DNA of 64,000 bases. Origin: Chiloscyllium plagiosum (lineage: Eukaryota). The stretch covers positions 83,864,924-83,928,923 of the forward strand of contig NC_057718.1 in the NCBI RefSeq assembly GCF_004010195.1, in the 5' to 3' direction. The translations under genes and the position numbers were made by a program. The notes beneath the pieces are model-generated. The model saw only the letters and a program-made list of their open reading frames with translations, did no database searches and was not told the origin of the DNA. Each line of letters opens with the position of its first letter. Within the stretch, counting starts at the first letter, position 1. Positions 23,210 to 36,103 of this stretch are shown in pieces.

Positions 23210-24619
23210 CTGAGGAGGCAATGATAATGAGGTACTGTCTCAATAGTTGTTGAAGTTTCAACAGCACTGTTGCTTGTGAGTATTCGTGTTTTTTTCTTGG
23301 TTTAAGGTTTGGAAATGTGCTATGTTAGAAATGTTAAATTTTAAAAGGAAATGCATTTGTATGGGTTTAAATGATAAAACCTGTGATCCTTCAGATATAA
23401 TTTTATATTAACTTTTTGCAGTTTCTGTGTTCACAAGAAGAATAAAGAATTTGTTGCTTTTTCTCAAATGGCTTAACAAAACATCTACCCCAATTATAAT
23501 GGTGATAATTTTGTTTATGTGAGCCAACTTGGGGATTCACTGGGAGTATATTCATGGAATTAGGATGCCTGGGTTTGATGAAAGATTTTCTTTTGAATCC
23601 CTGAACGATGAAGGAGTTGGAGGCACTGCCTTCTGTTTTCTGTTGAACAGAAAAAAAAATAGTCAAATGCCAAAAGGAAGAGCGGAACTAAAAACAATGA
23701 CCACTAGAGAAACTAATCAGGCTAAAGACTGCTAATTCCTCTGAACCTGATCAGATGCATTCAAAATAATAAAAGTAGCAGCTGGTTAGACTTTGGCAAG
23801 AAGATTTTTGTGAAGCTGAATTTTATTTAAGTGAAGAAAGACTGCCAAGCACTACAGCACAGTGATTTGGGAGTCTTTGCACATGAGTCACAAAGTACAA
23901 GTTCAGGTACTGTGGAATGCAAATGGAATTTTGGTATTTCAAAGAAAATGCAGTATAAAATTAGCCAAGTGTAGCTCATACTAGAGAATGCGCACGTCAG
24001 AAAATGGGGAAAAAGCAGGAAGGTGGAGTTGAGGATTAGCAGTTCAACCATGATCTAATTGATTGGAGGAGCAGACTTGATGGTCTAAGTGGTCTACTTT
24101 TGCATATTGTTTAAAAAAACACTTAGCAGTTAAACTGATTTTACAGCAGGAAATTGTGAAGGGAAATCTTTTTGTCTTGGATTAGATTAGGTGTTATATT
24201 TACACTTGTCTGGAGGACTTAGCTTTTGAAGGATTGTGGCAAAGGAATTATTTCAAGTTTTGTGGACATAAATGGATCATTTTTGTTTTAAATTGGGTCA
24301 TTGAGCGTTCACTGTGCATGTTGGTGTATTTTGTTTTAAATCCGGCTGCTTAGAAATCATACAATTGATCATAATTGCTTCCTTCGTTGTAGACACTTTT
24401 GGGGTTGCTTTTGAAAAGAGACTGCTTGGATAGATGGTTCTTTTGTTTTGAGCTAGAAGGAAGCCTGCTAAGAACAAGCTGAGTTGGAGGAAAGCTTGCT
24501 AAAATTAACTGATGTTTCCCATTTCTGAAATTAAACCGCTCTCCTTCATATTTAGGGTAAAATGTACTATTTCTTCTGAAAATATTGAAAGAACATCTGA
24601 AGATGATATTTCCTGAGGT

Positions 24620-24845
24620 AAGCTGGTCTGCTGGTATCAAAGTAACCATTGCCAACTGTTGTAAACCCATCTGGTTCACTCAAGTCCTTTAGGAATGGAA
24701 ATCAATCAATCTTACTTGGTCTGGCCTGTGAGTGACTCCAGATACCACAGTAATGTAATTGTCTCTTTAATTGTGATCTGGGTAAGTAGAGATCGATAAA
24801 TGTTATCCCAGCCATTGACACCCACGTTCTATGGCCAAAATAAAA
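24620..24845 (+). mobile_element. SINE remnant with a SlmI/Meta-like central domain
   Basis: aaacccatctggttcact.aagtcctttagg.a.ggaaatc....tcttac.tggtctggcct...gtgactccaga, followed by a tail like the old LINE 3' ends at 17445 and 43385. Confidence 0.5.
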
Positions 24846-25036
24846 CAAACAATGACAGCTTTCTACCAGCAGCAAATACATACAAGACCCAGCTATTGAT
24901 TGGAGCTTCTTACTATTTTTGTTCTATTGAACATATGGGTTTCCACCCATTTTGTCTTGCCCATGAATGTGTGCTGCTCCCGTATATTTTGAGCATTGGT
25001 CTTGCTAGATAACCTTGGAGGGAAAATAAAGCCAGC

Positions 25037-25693
25037 TGTTACGACACACTGTAAACCCCTGTGTTAAATTGAACTTGACACACAGAGGAGCTCACCTCAT
25101 AGCGTAACCTGTTAAATTTTGAGAGATAAAGAACTATCCCAAAGAACTATTTAACGTCAAAATGAACAATTTTATTGTTTAAGTCCAGCAGAAAATATTA
25201 AAACCAATTACAACTCCTTTCTCTCAAACCTAACTTTTACCTCCCATTCTACCATACTGGTCCGATTTAAAAACCCTGATGAAGATTTACAAAAAAAAAA
25301 TCACATTTCAAAACCAGTTAGCTTTGTTGATGATTCTTTGTAGCTTCTCCTCTGTAGATTTTTCTCTAGGTCGGCTCTTCAGCTTCCATTTGTTGGTGTC
25401 CTTAGCAGTTCTCCCCCTAACTGTTGAGTATCTGGTTTTATACCCCCAAAACATTGGATCATTTAACTGGTCTGATGTCATCCCAAACATTAAAATACAA
25501 ATTCAATTGGATTTTGATATCTCGTGCATAATTTAAACAGATTGGATTTGCTTTGTTCCACAGCAACACAACACCTATTTGTTTCAATCTGGTGTTGCAA
25601 TTTCACTTTGCTTAGGACTCTGTGCTTTTAGTCAGTCCTTGTTAGCTTTTCAACTCTCCTAAAGGTACTGTACACCTCCACACCTTCATAACA
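25037..25693. mobile_element. Solo LTR with 4-bp TSD
   Basis: TG...CA termini with short inverted ends tgttacga / tcataaca. TSD cagc at 25033-25036 and 25694-25697. Confidence 0.75.
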
Positions 25694-26626
25694 CAGCCCA
25701 TGAACTGACCAGGGTTTATTTTCTCATTGTGGCAGTGCAGATGTCTTCCTGTGGTTAAGATGCTTGTACTGCTGAAACAAGTTTTCAAGAGAATATCTAG
25801 AGCACAGTAAACCTTTCATCAGGTCCAAGAATTAATTCATCCAAAGAATGGTGGTAATAGCACAGTTTGGAATCCATGATGGTTATGTTTTGGAAATTCT
25901 GATTGGTTTGGGGACTTTGATTCTGTCCAGATTGACATAATGAGTGTAAATCACACATTTAAGGAGAATTTTATTGTAGTTTAAATGCATTCTCCTTTAG
26001 CTGTTGTTCAACAATTCTGCTTGTGTTTGAATTTGGGCATGTCATATGAAACTGACCAAATCTTTTATTGCCCTGAGAGTTTAACAACATCTTCCAAGCA
26101 GTCTCTTTAATTTTTTTCCCCGAAGTGGTTTAATTGTCTTTTAAAGAAGGTTGAGTATTAAAATTATTGAAGGATTGTTAGCATAAAAATATTTTTCAGG
26201 TTTATAAACAATTGCAAAATTATTTATCTTCTGCCTTGGACAATTAATGCATCTACGTAATTTCTTTTCTCTCCTAGTGCTTGAATTTTACTTTTGCAGG
26301 CCTGCACTGGCAAAATTGCATTGCAGGAGCAAATTCTTAGAATAACTTAGTCTTCATCTCGTTTGTCCTACACCCTCCACACAAAAAAATTTGAGTGACA
26401 AGCAGAACATCTACCTGAAGTGTGGTGAATAGTGGGGTTGGCAATTGTTCTTTAGAGGCAGTGCTACTTTTCTAATAAAATGACTGTGTTTCAGGTACTG
26501 CACCTTTTTTAGTATCCTTTGATCAGGTTTCAGGTGGCTTTGTTTCAAGAAGAGCTCTTTGCATGCGTTTAGGCATGTCTGCCTTGAAGGAGCCTTTAAA
26601 GATTTTCTTTCCTTGACAGTAGCTGC

Positions 26627-27054
26627 TGTTAGGTTCCCTTCTTGATTCTTACACGCTTGATGCAACTACAATATGCCAACTTCTGTGAACAGCCAAAATT
26701 TATGTAAGCAAGTCCAAGTTTTTGGAGGACCATTTAACACCCTTCGCAATGTTTGCAGAGCATGTCAAGTGAGACTCCCTGAACAAGGGAACTGTCCTCC
26801 CTTTATACAGGGTTTTACATCACAGTCAGTCATGCATGCAAGACGCAACCCCCTGCCACTCCCCCATAGTCACATGCCATCCAAAACCAATATAAATTGT
26901 TTTGAGAGATAATCTAAGCAATGTATGTTTAGGTTATTCCTTGAAACAGAGTGATTAGATTGTCACATCCTGCCTGCAAGACAGAAAAACACACCTTCCC
27001 GGGACATCTGATTTCTTTCTTGTCAGCAGAACAAATTAACCCTTTAACATCTCA
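26627..27054 (-). mobile_element. Solo LTR-like element (second copy at 54232-54612)
   Basis: Starts tgttagg and ends taacatctca (TG...CA); extensive similarity to 54232-54612. No TSD seen; the right flank is a PLE pLTR fragment (27055-27150). Confidence 0.6.
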
Positions 27055-27869
27055 GCCCTTCATCGGGATTCCTGATGCTGCCTGATCTGCGCTTTTCCAG
27101 CAACACACTCTCAACTCTGATCTCCAGCATCTGCAGATCTCACTGTCTCCATGTATGCAGCAAAACCTGGATAATCTTTCAGGCTAGGGCTGAAAAATGG
27201 CAGCTATTATTGCCACCCCACAAGTGCTAGGAAATTACTGTCTCACTGATAAGAAAGTGTCACCATCTCCCATGGACTTCCTCAGTATTACATCAATGAT
27301 TCCTGATCATTGACTAGATCAACTAAAACCTGCATAAGTACAGAGATAACAAGAGCAGGTTGCAGTGAATGATTCACCTCTGGACTCCCAGAGCCTTGCC
27401 ATCATGTACACTGCTATGATAGAATATTGCTGATTTATCTGCAACTTGAACAATACTGAAAAACTAGGTATCATCTAATACAAAGCAACAAGAATAAATA
27501 GTCATTTGGTAGAATAGGCCTTGAGCACTGCTGAAACAAAATGTGTTCCCTGAGCTTTTCATTGTGCACTCTTCAGGACAATTTGTAAGGAATACTAAAG
27601 TAAAGGGAATATTACAATTGTGCCACTGCTGAATTGGTTGCCAAGTGACCTCTTATTGTCATATTTGTTGTCATGGAGCATAGGCCACCTAAAAGATTGA
27701 CCGTTAACTGCCAGACTCTGAATTTTAATCCAGACCAGTTCACCGTGTGGTTAAGGCATTGCCCAAAGAATGACACGATACATCTGCATGTTCTTTGTGT
27801 CTACAAAGACATATTGTTTCTTAGATTCATAAGTGAGCCACATTACACTGCGAGTGCAAGAGGTAACGC

Positions 27870-29480
27870 TAAATATAGTACAGAACTAGCTGTGTCGCTA
27901 ACCAAGATGTTCCAGTACCTCTACAACATTAGCAACCCCTACAAATGCAAAATTGCCCAGGAATGTTGTGTCAGTTATTAAACAGAGCAAATATAACCTG
28001 GTCTTTTAGTGTCCAACTAATCTACTCTTTATCTTTACTAAAGTGATTGATGGGATCATCAACAGTGTTGTCAGCAGCACTCGCAAAAGAATAACAAACT
28101 TGCTGATGCTCAGTTTGGATTTCATCAGGACCACTTCACCTGACATTATTACCAACTTTGGTCCAAGTGTAGACATGAGCTGAACTCCAAGATGGAAGTG
28201 ACTGCCTTTGAAATAAAGTTTACATTTGACAGAGTATGGCATCAAGGAATCTGAATTGCGTGGGTTTCCACTGGGTGCTCCAGTTTCCTCCCACAATCCA
28301 AAGATGTGAAGTTTAGGTGAATTGGTCATGCTACATTGCCCATAGTGATCAGGGATGTGTAGGTTAGGTGCATTACTGAGGGGTAAATGTAGCGTGCTTG
28401 GGGAATGGATCTGGGTGGGATACTCTTCGGAGGGTTGCTGTGCACCCAATGGGCCTGTTTCCACACTGTAGGGATTCTGTGATTCTTTGAATGAAAATGT
28501 GGCTGATGTGAACTGGGGAAAGCTCTCTTGTTACACCAAGCATGAAGGAAGACGAGTTGTTGGCGGAGAATGAGCTCAGTGTGGGACATCACTGCAGGAG
28601 TTCCTCAGGGTTGACCCAATCATCATCATCTGCTTCAGCAATGACTTTCCCTCCAGTTTAGGGTCAGGAGGCAATTTATTTGCTTATTACTCACAATATT
28701 CATTACCTTTCCGAAGCAATCAGTGTCATGCAGTGGTCATGCAACAAGACTTGGATAAGATCTAAGCTTGGGCTGATAAGCGCCATGTAACATTGACACT
28801 AAACAAATGGCAAGCATTGACCATCAACGACTAGTGTGAATCTAACCGTTGTGGCTTGAATCGGAATGGTATTGCCATTGCTGAATTTTCCAATGTCAAT
28901 GTCCTGGGGAGGGGAAGGGAGGTAAGGTGTTGTCATTGACTAGAAAATTAATTGGATCACCCTTTAAACACTGGCTACAAGAATAGGTCAAAAGTTCGGG
29001 ATTCTGTTGCAAGAAACCTACCTTAAGTCTTCCCAATGTCTGTCCACTATATATAAAACACGAGTCAAAGGTTTTATGGAATATTCCATCAAACCTGGTT
29101 GAGTGCAGTTTGAAGAAGATTCAAAAAGCTCGGAAACCATCCAGGGCAAATCACCTTAGCCACCACCTTCCTCCTAACTGGACCTCAGTGGCAGTAGTGT
29201 GTACTGTCTTCAAGATACACTGCAATAACATACCAAGCTCCTTTGACAGAATCTTCCAAACCCATGATTGTTGCAACCTAGAAGGACTATCACTTGCTGC
29301 ACGTTCCCTTGCAATCTACATGCCAGCCTGACTTGGAAATATTGCTTCACGTTGATGGGTCAAAACCCTGGAACCCTGCCTCATAACACTGTGAACACAG
29401 ACCAAATGGACATAAATGTGGGTCGGTCTCAATAATTTTGAGTTTAGGCTAGGCAATATATGCTGTTGTTCTTGTGCTGA
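27870..29480 (+). mobile_element. Old CR1/L2-group LINE RT and 3' region, containing an HE1 fragment at 28258-28485
   Basis: ELA..L.K.FQY.YN, QFGFHQDH.SPD.IT, FDRVWH, AGVPQG, QQDLDKI.AWADK; tail similar to 17445-17620. Confidence 0.6.
28258..28485 (+). mobile_element. HE1 SINE 3' part
   Basis: gcgtgggtttccactgggtgctccagtttcctcccaca...gggcctgtttccacactgtagggattct. Confidence 0.8.
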
Positions 29481-29999
29481 CACATATGGGAATAAATACA
29501 AACTATGACTTCAGTCTTCAACATTTATCTTAATTTTGCAGCCCCACGCTTCTTCCCACTAATGTTCTTCCACACAGCCATATGTTGTCCCTAACACTCC
29601 CCAACCTAACATGGTACACAATGCTCCCCGCTGCATAAATTGCATTCCTCATGACATGTATCCCTTTCTTCCTTTCACATCCCTTGATGCGCACATATTG
29701 CCATTCGCTCCATTTCAGACATGGATACGAGAAGATATCCTCCACGCAGTCAGTCCCCTACCCACTATGCGTGAACTTTCACTTTCACATGCTTCTCGTG
29801 CACAACAAATGCTACTCTTACATGCAACCCCCTCCACACATACCTGGACCCCACCAGTGCATGTGCACCATATAGATTTCTGGATTTTTACCTCAAACAT
29901 AAAGCAAATTGGCACAGGGCAAATAAAGGTTAATGAAATGAATGCATGGTTTTAAAGACTGGTGTTGGAGAAATAGGTTCTGGTTGCATAGTTGCTGGC

Positions 30000-32900
30000 A
30001 CTAATACTGGCTGAGTAGGATCTGCATTATTGATACGTTTCACGTCTCAACTACGTTGAGGTTGCAGATTGAGTAAATTGTGTAATAAAGCAGGTAACAA
30101 GGGTTTTTAACCTAATAATAGCAAGAGTGAAAGTTATAAAGTGATAAACTGTGACATGAAGGGATAGAAAATATGTTTTTGAGAAAATAAACAGATTAGG
30201 CTGGCGGTTAATGTGATAACGCTAAACTAAAAGCTGTGTATTTGAATAAATGTAGCACTTCAGAACAAAAGAAATGAATTGAGAGAGAATATATGAATTT
30301 CAATTTGTGCTGTGACCTGATCGGAGACCTGGCTTCAGGATAACAAAAGTTGTGTCTGAATACTGAACAGCATATGACATTTAGGATGCACATGAAATTA
30401 CGAAAAGATGAAGGGTTAGCTCTTGTTAATTAATCCTGATGTCACAGTAGAGAGAGTAACCCAAGGTCATAAAACGATAATGTAGAGTTGGTTTTAGAAG
30501 AGGTGAGAAATTATAAAGGCAAGAAGTCACTTCAAGAAGTGGTGTGCAGGTTCTATTGAGATGCAATAGGACTTGGGAGTTTGTCAGAAAGGATCAGCAA
30601 TCTTGAGTGAGTTTGATGGACATAATGCCAGGAATAATCAGATGAACTAAGGCAATGTGGTTGAGTTCAGGAAAAGGTTTTGATGTTGTTTCTCAGAACA
30701 GCAGATTCTGCGGCCAACTGGAGAGCAGGCTCTGTTGGACCTTTGTTTCATGCAGTGAGTTAAAATTGATTTAGTGGCCTCATAATGAAGTGAAGCTACA
30801 TCTCAACAAATCATTGGGCAGACCTTATTTGTAGTATTTTGTTCAGTTCTTGGCACCTTATTCAAGGACGAACATCAAAGTCCTGAAAAAAGTGCAAAGG
30901 AGATTTAGTAGAATAATACCAGCAATGAAGGATTTTATATACAAGGAAAGAGGGGAGAAATTGGGCCTACTCTCCTTGGAACAGAGAAGATTAGAGGTAA
31001 GTTTATTGAGGTGTTCAGAGTTGTGAACAATTTTGGTTGGTATCTCAGCAACTGAGGGTTGCAATTTCAAGATAGTTATCAAGGAAGGTAGGAGTAAGGT
31101 GAGGAGAAATGTGTTTCCTCAGAGTTGTTAGGATTTGTAATGTGCTCACTGGGAAAGTTGGGGAGACAGATTCTAAGGGAGGTTTCAAAACATAGCTGGA
31201 TATATATTTAAGTGACGAATTTAGAGGGCTGCAACGATGGGTTTGGAGAATGGTATATTGGACCAGACAAGACCCCTCAAATTATTTTAAGTACCTAGAT
31301 TCTAACTCTTGCTTACTTTAAAGGCAAATGAGAATGCTGTGTTCCAGATGCAATGTGACTCATCAAATTCCTCAACGTTAAGCAAAAACACAACTTATTT
31401 AAACACTTTATTTCTTTTGTTTGTATTTTAACTAAAACTTAACTGTGGATAATTTAACGGAATAATAGATGGAGCAACCATTACTAATTAACTGTTCCAA
31501 GATAGTAACATCCCATAAACACCTCCTTGGCAACAATGGCAACTTCAGAAAAATAGATTTGTCCTAACGGGTAACCTAGCTTCTAGCTGTAATGGAGAGA
31601 GAGAAAAGATAGTTTCTACTACTTCAAGCACACAACAGCAACTGTTTAAAGCTAAATCAAAAATTTAAAAATAACACTAGAAATCCTGGTTTGAGAGAAC
31701 TGACCACACCCATCCAGGCTGCCTCCATTGTTTTAACGTTTTTGAAAAAAAAACCCAAGGCCTAACAAGCTGTTTACCTTTATGGTTTTGGTAGACTGCT
31801 TGGTGCCTCTGCCTTACAACCGGTCTTCAAAAAAAAACCAGAACAAAATAACCTCTTCAAGCCACAACATTGCCACAATGGGACTAGCTGGATAACTCTT
31901 TCAGGAACTGGTACAGATGTGATGGACCAAATGACTACCACCTGTACTGTAAATTTCTAAGATTTCTATGCGTTCCTGAGCAAGTAACATGGTGTGGATG
32001 AAGAAAATCTGGTGGATGTATAGGACTTGGATTTCTAGAAGGCATTAGATATAATGCTACAAATAGTATTGCAGAAAATCAGGGTTCATGGTATCGGTGG
32101 TAACCTTCGGATTGTAGATTGATGAACTAACAGGAAACACATTAGACATAAATGGATCATTTTCTGTCTGGCAAGATATGAGTTGCGTGCCACAGCAAGC
32201 AATGCTTAACTTATAAATTGTATATTAATATCTTGGATGAAGGTACCGAAGGTATGCTTGCTAAATTTGCTGATGTCACAATGACAGCAAGGAAAACAGT
32301 TTGTAAACTGGACATAAAGTGGCCACAAAGATTTAGAGAGGTTAGGTGAAATAGACAAGATCTGCAAATGGAAGATAATGTTGGAAAAACATAAAATTGT
32401 CAATTTTTGGTAGAACGAATGAGTGTACAAGTGAAATGATAAGAGATGGTAGAACTTTCAGATGCAGTGGATGTAGATGCTGTTTGTCCATTGAGTCACA
32501 AAAGACTAATATGGAGATACAGGAAGTGCTTAGGAAAGCTGATAGAATCATCTTGTTTATAGTGAGTTGAATTGAATTTAAAATTCAGGAAGTTATGCTT
32601 TACTTTCTGGGGCATTGGTGAGACAACATGATAGAGTTCAGTGTGTCATAGTAATCTCTCCCTTTAAGGAAGGATGTAAATGCATTGGAAGCAGTTCAGA
32701 GAAAGTTTACTCAACCAATTCTTGCCATGGATAAGTTAACTTGGAGTATTATTTGGACCAGCTCAGCTTGTATCCGCTGGAGATAGAAGTTCGAAGAGGC
32801 AATTTGATTGACTAATAGAAGATCCTGAGGAGCCTTCACAGATATAGAAAGGATGATTTTTCTTTTGGGAGAATTGGAAGTAGAGTTGAGTTTTGAAAAG

Positions 32901-33150
32901 AAAATGTTGCTCATTTGTGACAAGTGAGGAAAAATATTTTGTGAGAAAGTTGAGACTGAGAAACTGTCTTTTTCAAAAGGCAGTAGAAACAGAATCTTAG
33001 AATATTTCGAAGGCAGAGAGAGTCATGTTCTTAAGCATTGGGTTAAAAGGTGATTAGGGGTAAGCAGGAACATAGTTATCAGATGGACCATTATCCTGTG
33101 GATTGGCAGAGCAGGCTCAATGGGCTCAGTGGTTTTTTTTGTGCTCCTGA
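30000..33150 (+). mobile_element. Old CR1 LINE remnants (two or more copies), split by a solo LTR at 31254-31877
   Basis: Degenerate endonuclease and RT motifs (ETWL, LDL, C.QF.APY..., LDF.KA.D, KFADVT) and CR1 tails at ~31880-31970 and ~33060-33150. Confidence 0.6.
31254..31877 (-). mobile_element. Solo LTR (same family as 33706-34349) with 4-bp TSD
   Basis: TSD atgg at 31250-31253 and 31878-31881; the termini are reverse-complement similar to 33706-34349. Confidence 0.75.
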
Positions 33151-33239
33151 CTTTTGTATGTTCACATGTATACCCTACACCAAATACATGGACCCCCCCC
33201 ATATAGCATGTGAATACGCATTCCATACCAAACACATAA

Positions 33240-34480
33240 CTTGTGACTCAGGACAGGAACTGCTGCCAGTAAAGGCTGTTGAAAATGCATTACCATCCTG
33301 TCCTGGTCAACCAATGTCAATACAATGGTCAAGAAAGAATAACGTCACCTCAACTTCCTCAATAGGCTAAGGAAATTCAGCATGTCCACAATGACTCCTA
33401 CAATTTTTATTGATACACTTTTGAAAGCATTCTGTCTGGTTGCATCACAGCTTGGTATGGCAACTGTTCTACAGAGGGCCATGAACACATCTCATTCCCA
33501 TCATGCAGATCAGCCTTCCATCCATGTCCATATCATCAAAGCCCGCTCCCTTTCCAGTTATACTCTATTCCCTCCTCTTCCATCAGGCAGAAAATATACA
33601 AGTTTGAATGTACATGCAAACAGTTTTGAAGATCAAATTTTTCCCCACTGTTACCAGACTTTTGAACCACCTCTCATGTTAAATTTGACCTCTGTCTCTG
33701 TACCTTGTGACGATGCTTTCACTTTAAAAAAGGTTCTTTTGTCTTGGGTTTTTTTGTGAAGAGAGGTTATAAAGGCAGAAGTGTCAACTCAGCTATGACA
33801 GACAGCCTAAATAAACAACTTCGGAGGCCTTTACCTTTTGTTTTAAGAAGTTGGAAGAATTGGAACAACTTGAATAGGAGTGGCCAGTTCTCGCAGCTCA
33901 GACTTTCTAGTTTGCTTTTGCTTTAGCAATCAAAAGCTGTTTGGGATTCCAGAAAAGATGGAGCTTCTGTGAATGATTCCTAGTTGCTACTTATTCTGAA
34001 ATCTCTCTTAATGTTGTTTTCTCCTGGATTGGAGAACTGCACTTAAGAATTTATGTCTGAATTTACCATGTTGCCAAGAAATGTGTGAATGGGGTATAAC
34101 ATATTGCAACAGTTAATTAGTAATAGGTACTGCATCTGTTATTCAGTTAAACTTTTCAATGGTTTGGTTACTCAAAATTCCTCTTTGTTTTGTTTTGTAT
34201 TTTAAGTATTGTGTTTAAATAAATTGTTTTGCATAAAGTCACATCACATCTGGAAGATGCACTTGACATCTATCTTCTAAAATGAGCAAAAGTCAGGGTT
34301 GAGGCTCCTTTCTTAAAATATTTTGAGGGGTCTGGTTTGGTCCATATCTACCTTTTCTGTGGCTGTAACATTGTACTCTGTTCTGTTACCCTGATGCACT
34401 TTGTATGGTACGATCTACCTGATTATCACACAAAGCAATACTTTTCACTGTATCTCGGCACAAGTATTATGAATTAATCA
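33240..34480 (+). mobile_element. Rex1/Babar LINE 3' fragment split by a solo LTR
   Basis: Reads SWSTNVNTMVKK...L.FL.RLRKF.MS...ESILSGCITAWYGNC; the 3' UTR continues after 34353. Confidence 0.7.
33706..34349 (+). mobile_element. Solo LTR with 4-bp TSD
   Basis: Starts tgtgacg, contains aataaa at ~34218; TSD acct at 33702-33705 and 34350-34353. Confidence 0.75.
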
Positions 34481-35319
34481 AACTCAAACCACTGGGCTTT
34501 AGTAAATGGGAGGATAAAATATAAAGGTAAAAAAGCTATGATGAACGGTTTGGCCCCAGCTTGTCAATTGTGACCACTTCTCTGCACCACTTTAGGATGT
34601 ATGTCATTGCTTTCCAGAGGATGTAGAGGACCTTTACAAGAATATGGTTATTCTCCCAGTAGTGGAGCAGGCTAATTGGAGATTTCGTTGGGGTGTTCAA
34701 AATGTTTAATTTTTGGTGTAACAACTGAGAAATTGTTTCTGTTGACAAAGTGTTGGTAAATGACTCAGTTTAAAGTTGATTTACAGATTAGACATTGGCC
34801 AAATGGGGAAATTGTTTACCATGTAGTGAGGCATTGTGATCTGAAGTGCACTGCCTGAAAGGATTGTGGAAGCAAGGTGGGAAAGAGCTTTCAAAGAGGA
34901 GCTGGATAAATGCCTGCATGAAAAACACAAGGATTCTGGGTAATCCAAGATGGAGGATGGGATAAATTTCTGGCTGTAAAAGGCTGCTTTTTTTTTTGAG
35001 GTATTTTAGGTAGTGGAGGTGATTTGCCTCTAATTCCAGGAGCAGCAATGACTGTTTTATATGCTGGAGAGAGAAAGAAACCCACACTGCTAACTGACAG
35101 CACTGAACCTGCCTTTACTGTTTGAATTCCTGTATCGCTGGACATTGGAGTGCATCTAGGAAAACTTAACAAGCAGTGAAATTCACAACTGATTTGAGAG
35201 GAACCTGTTTGGGAGCGGTCACGGCACAGAAACAGATAAGTGAATAGCTTTAAGTATATTGCTATAATCTACAATAGTGAGTAGAATGGGTTCTTTCTTG
35301 ATTATATGTTTTATTGACG

Positions 35320-36103
35320 GTATTAGGCAAGAACTTTCAAAAGCTGATTGGGGTCAGATGTTCGCAGGTAAAGGGACAGCTGGAAAATGGGAAGCCTTCA
35401 GAAGTGACATAACGAGTTCAGGTGAAAGGAAAGGCTGGTATGTATAGAAAATGCTAGATGCCTAAAGAAATTGAAAGTTTGGTTAAGAAAAAGAAGGAAG
35501 CATATGTAAGTTGTAGACAGGATAGGTCGAGTGAATCCTTAGAGTATAAAGGCATTAGGAATATACTTAAGAGGAAAATCAGGAGGGCAAAAAGGGGACA
35601 AGAAATAGCTTTGGCAAATAGAATTAAGGAGAATCCAAGGGGATTTTATAAATACATTTAAGGACAAAAGGATAACTAGGGAGAGAATAGGGCCCCTCCA
35701 AGACCAATAAGGCGACCTATGTGTGGAGCCGAGGAGATGGGGGAGATAGTAAACAAGTATTTTGCATCAGTGTTTACTGTGGAGGAGGGCAGGGAAGATA
35801 TAAAATGTAGGGAAATAGATGGTAACATCTTGAAAAATGTCCATATTACAGAGGAGGAAGTGCTGGATGTCTTGAAATGCATAAACCTGGATAAATCCCC
35901 AGGACTTGATCAGGTGTACCCTAGAACTATGTGGGAAGCTAGGTAAGTGATTACTAGGCCCCTTGCTGAGATACTTGTTACATCGATAGTCACAAGTGAG
36001 GTGCTGGAAGACTGTCGGAAGGCTAACGTGGCACCACTATTTAAGAAAAGTGGTAAGGATAAGCCAGAGAACGATAGACCGGTGGTGGGCAAGTTGTTGG
36101 AAT
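35320..36103 (+). mobile_element. CR1 LINE ORF2 middle fragment
   Basis: ORFs 35458-35661 (IRRAK...LANRIKENPRGFYKYI), 35719-35946 (NKYFASVFT...KSPGLDQVYPR) and 35947-36207 (ANVAPLFKK..KDKPEN.RPV); ends at the ERV LTR. Confidence 0.85.

Noticed and set aside
24556..24623. Exon-like segment ending in GAG/gtaagc
   Set aside because: All three frames from the acceptor contain stops, and the donor overlaps the start of a SINE remnant.
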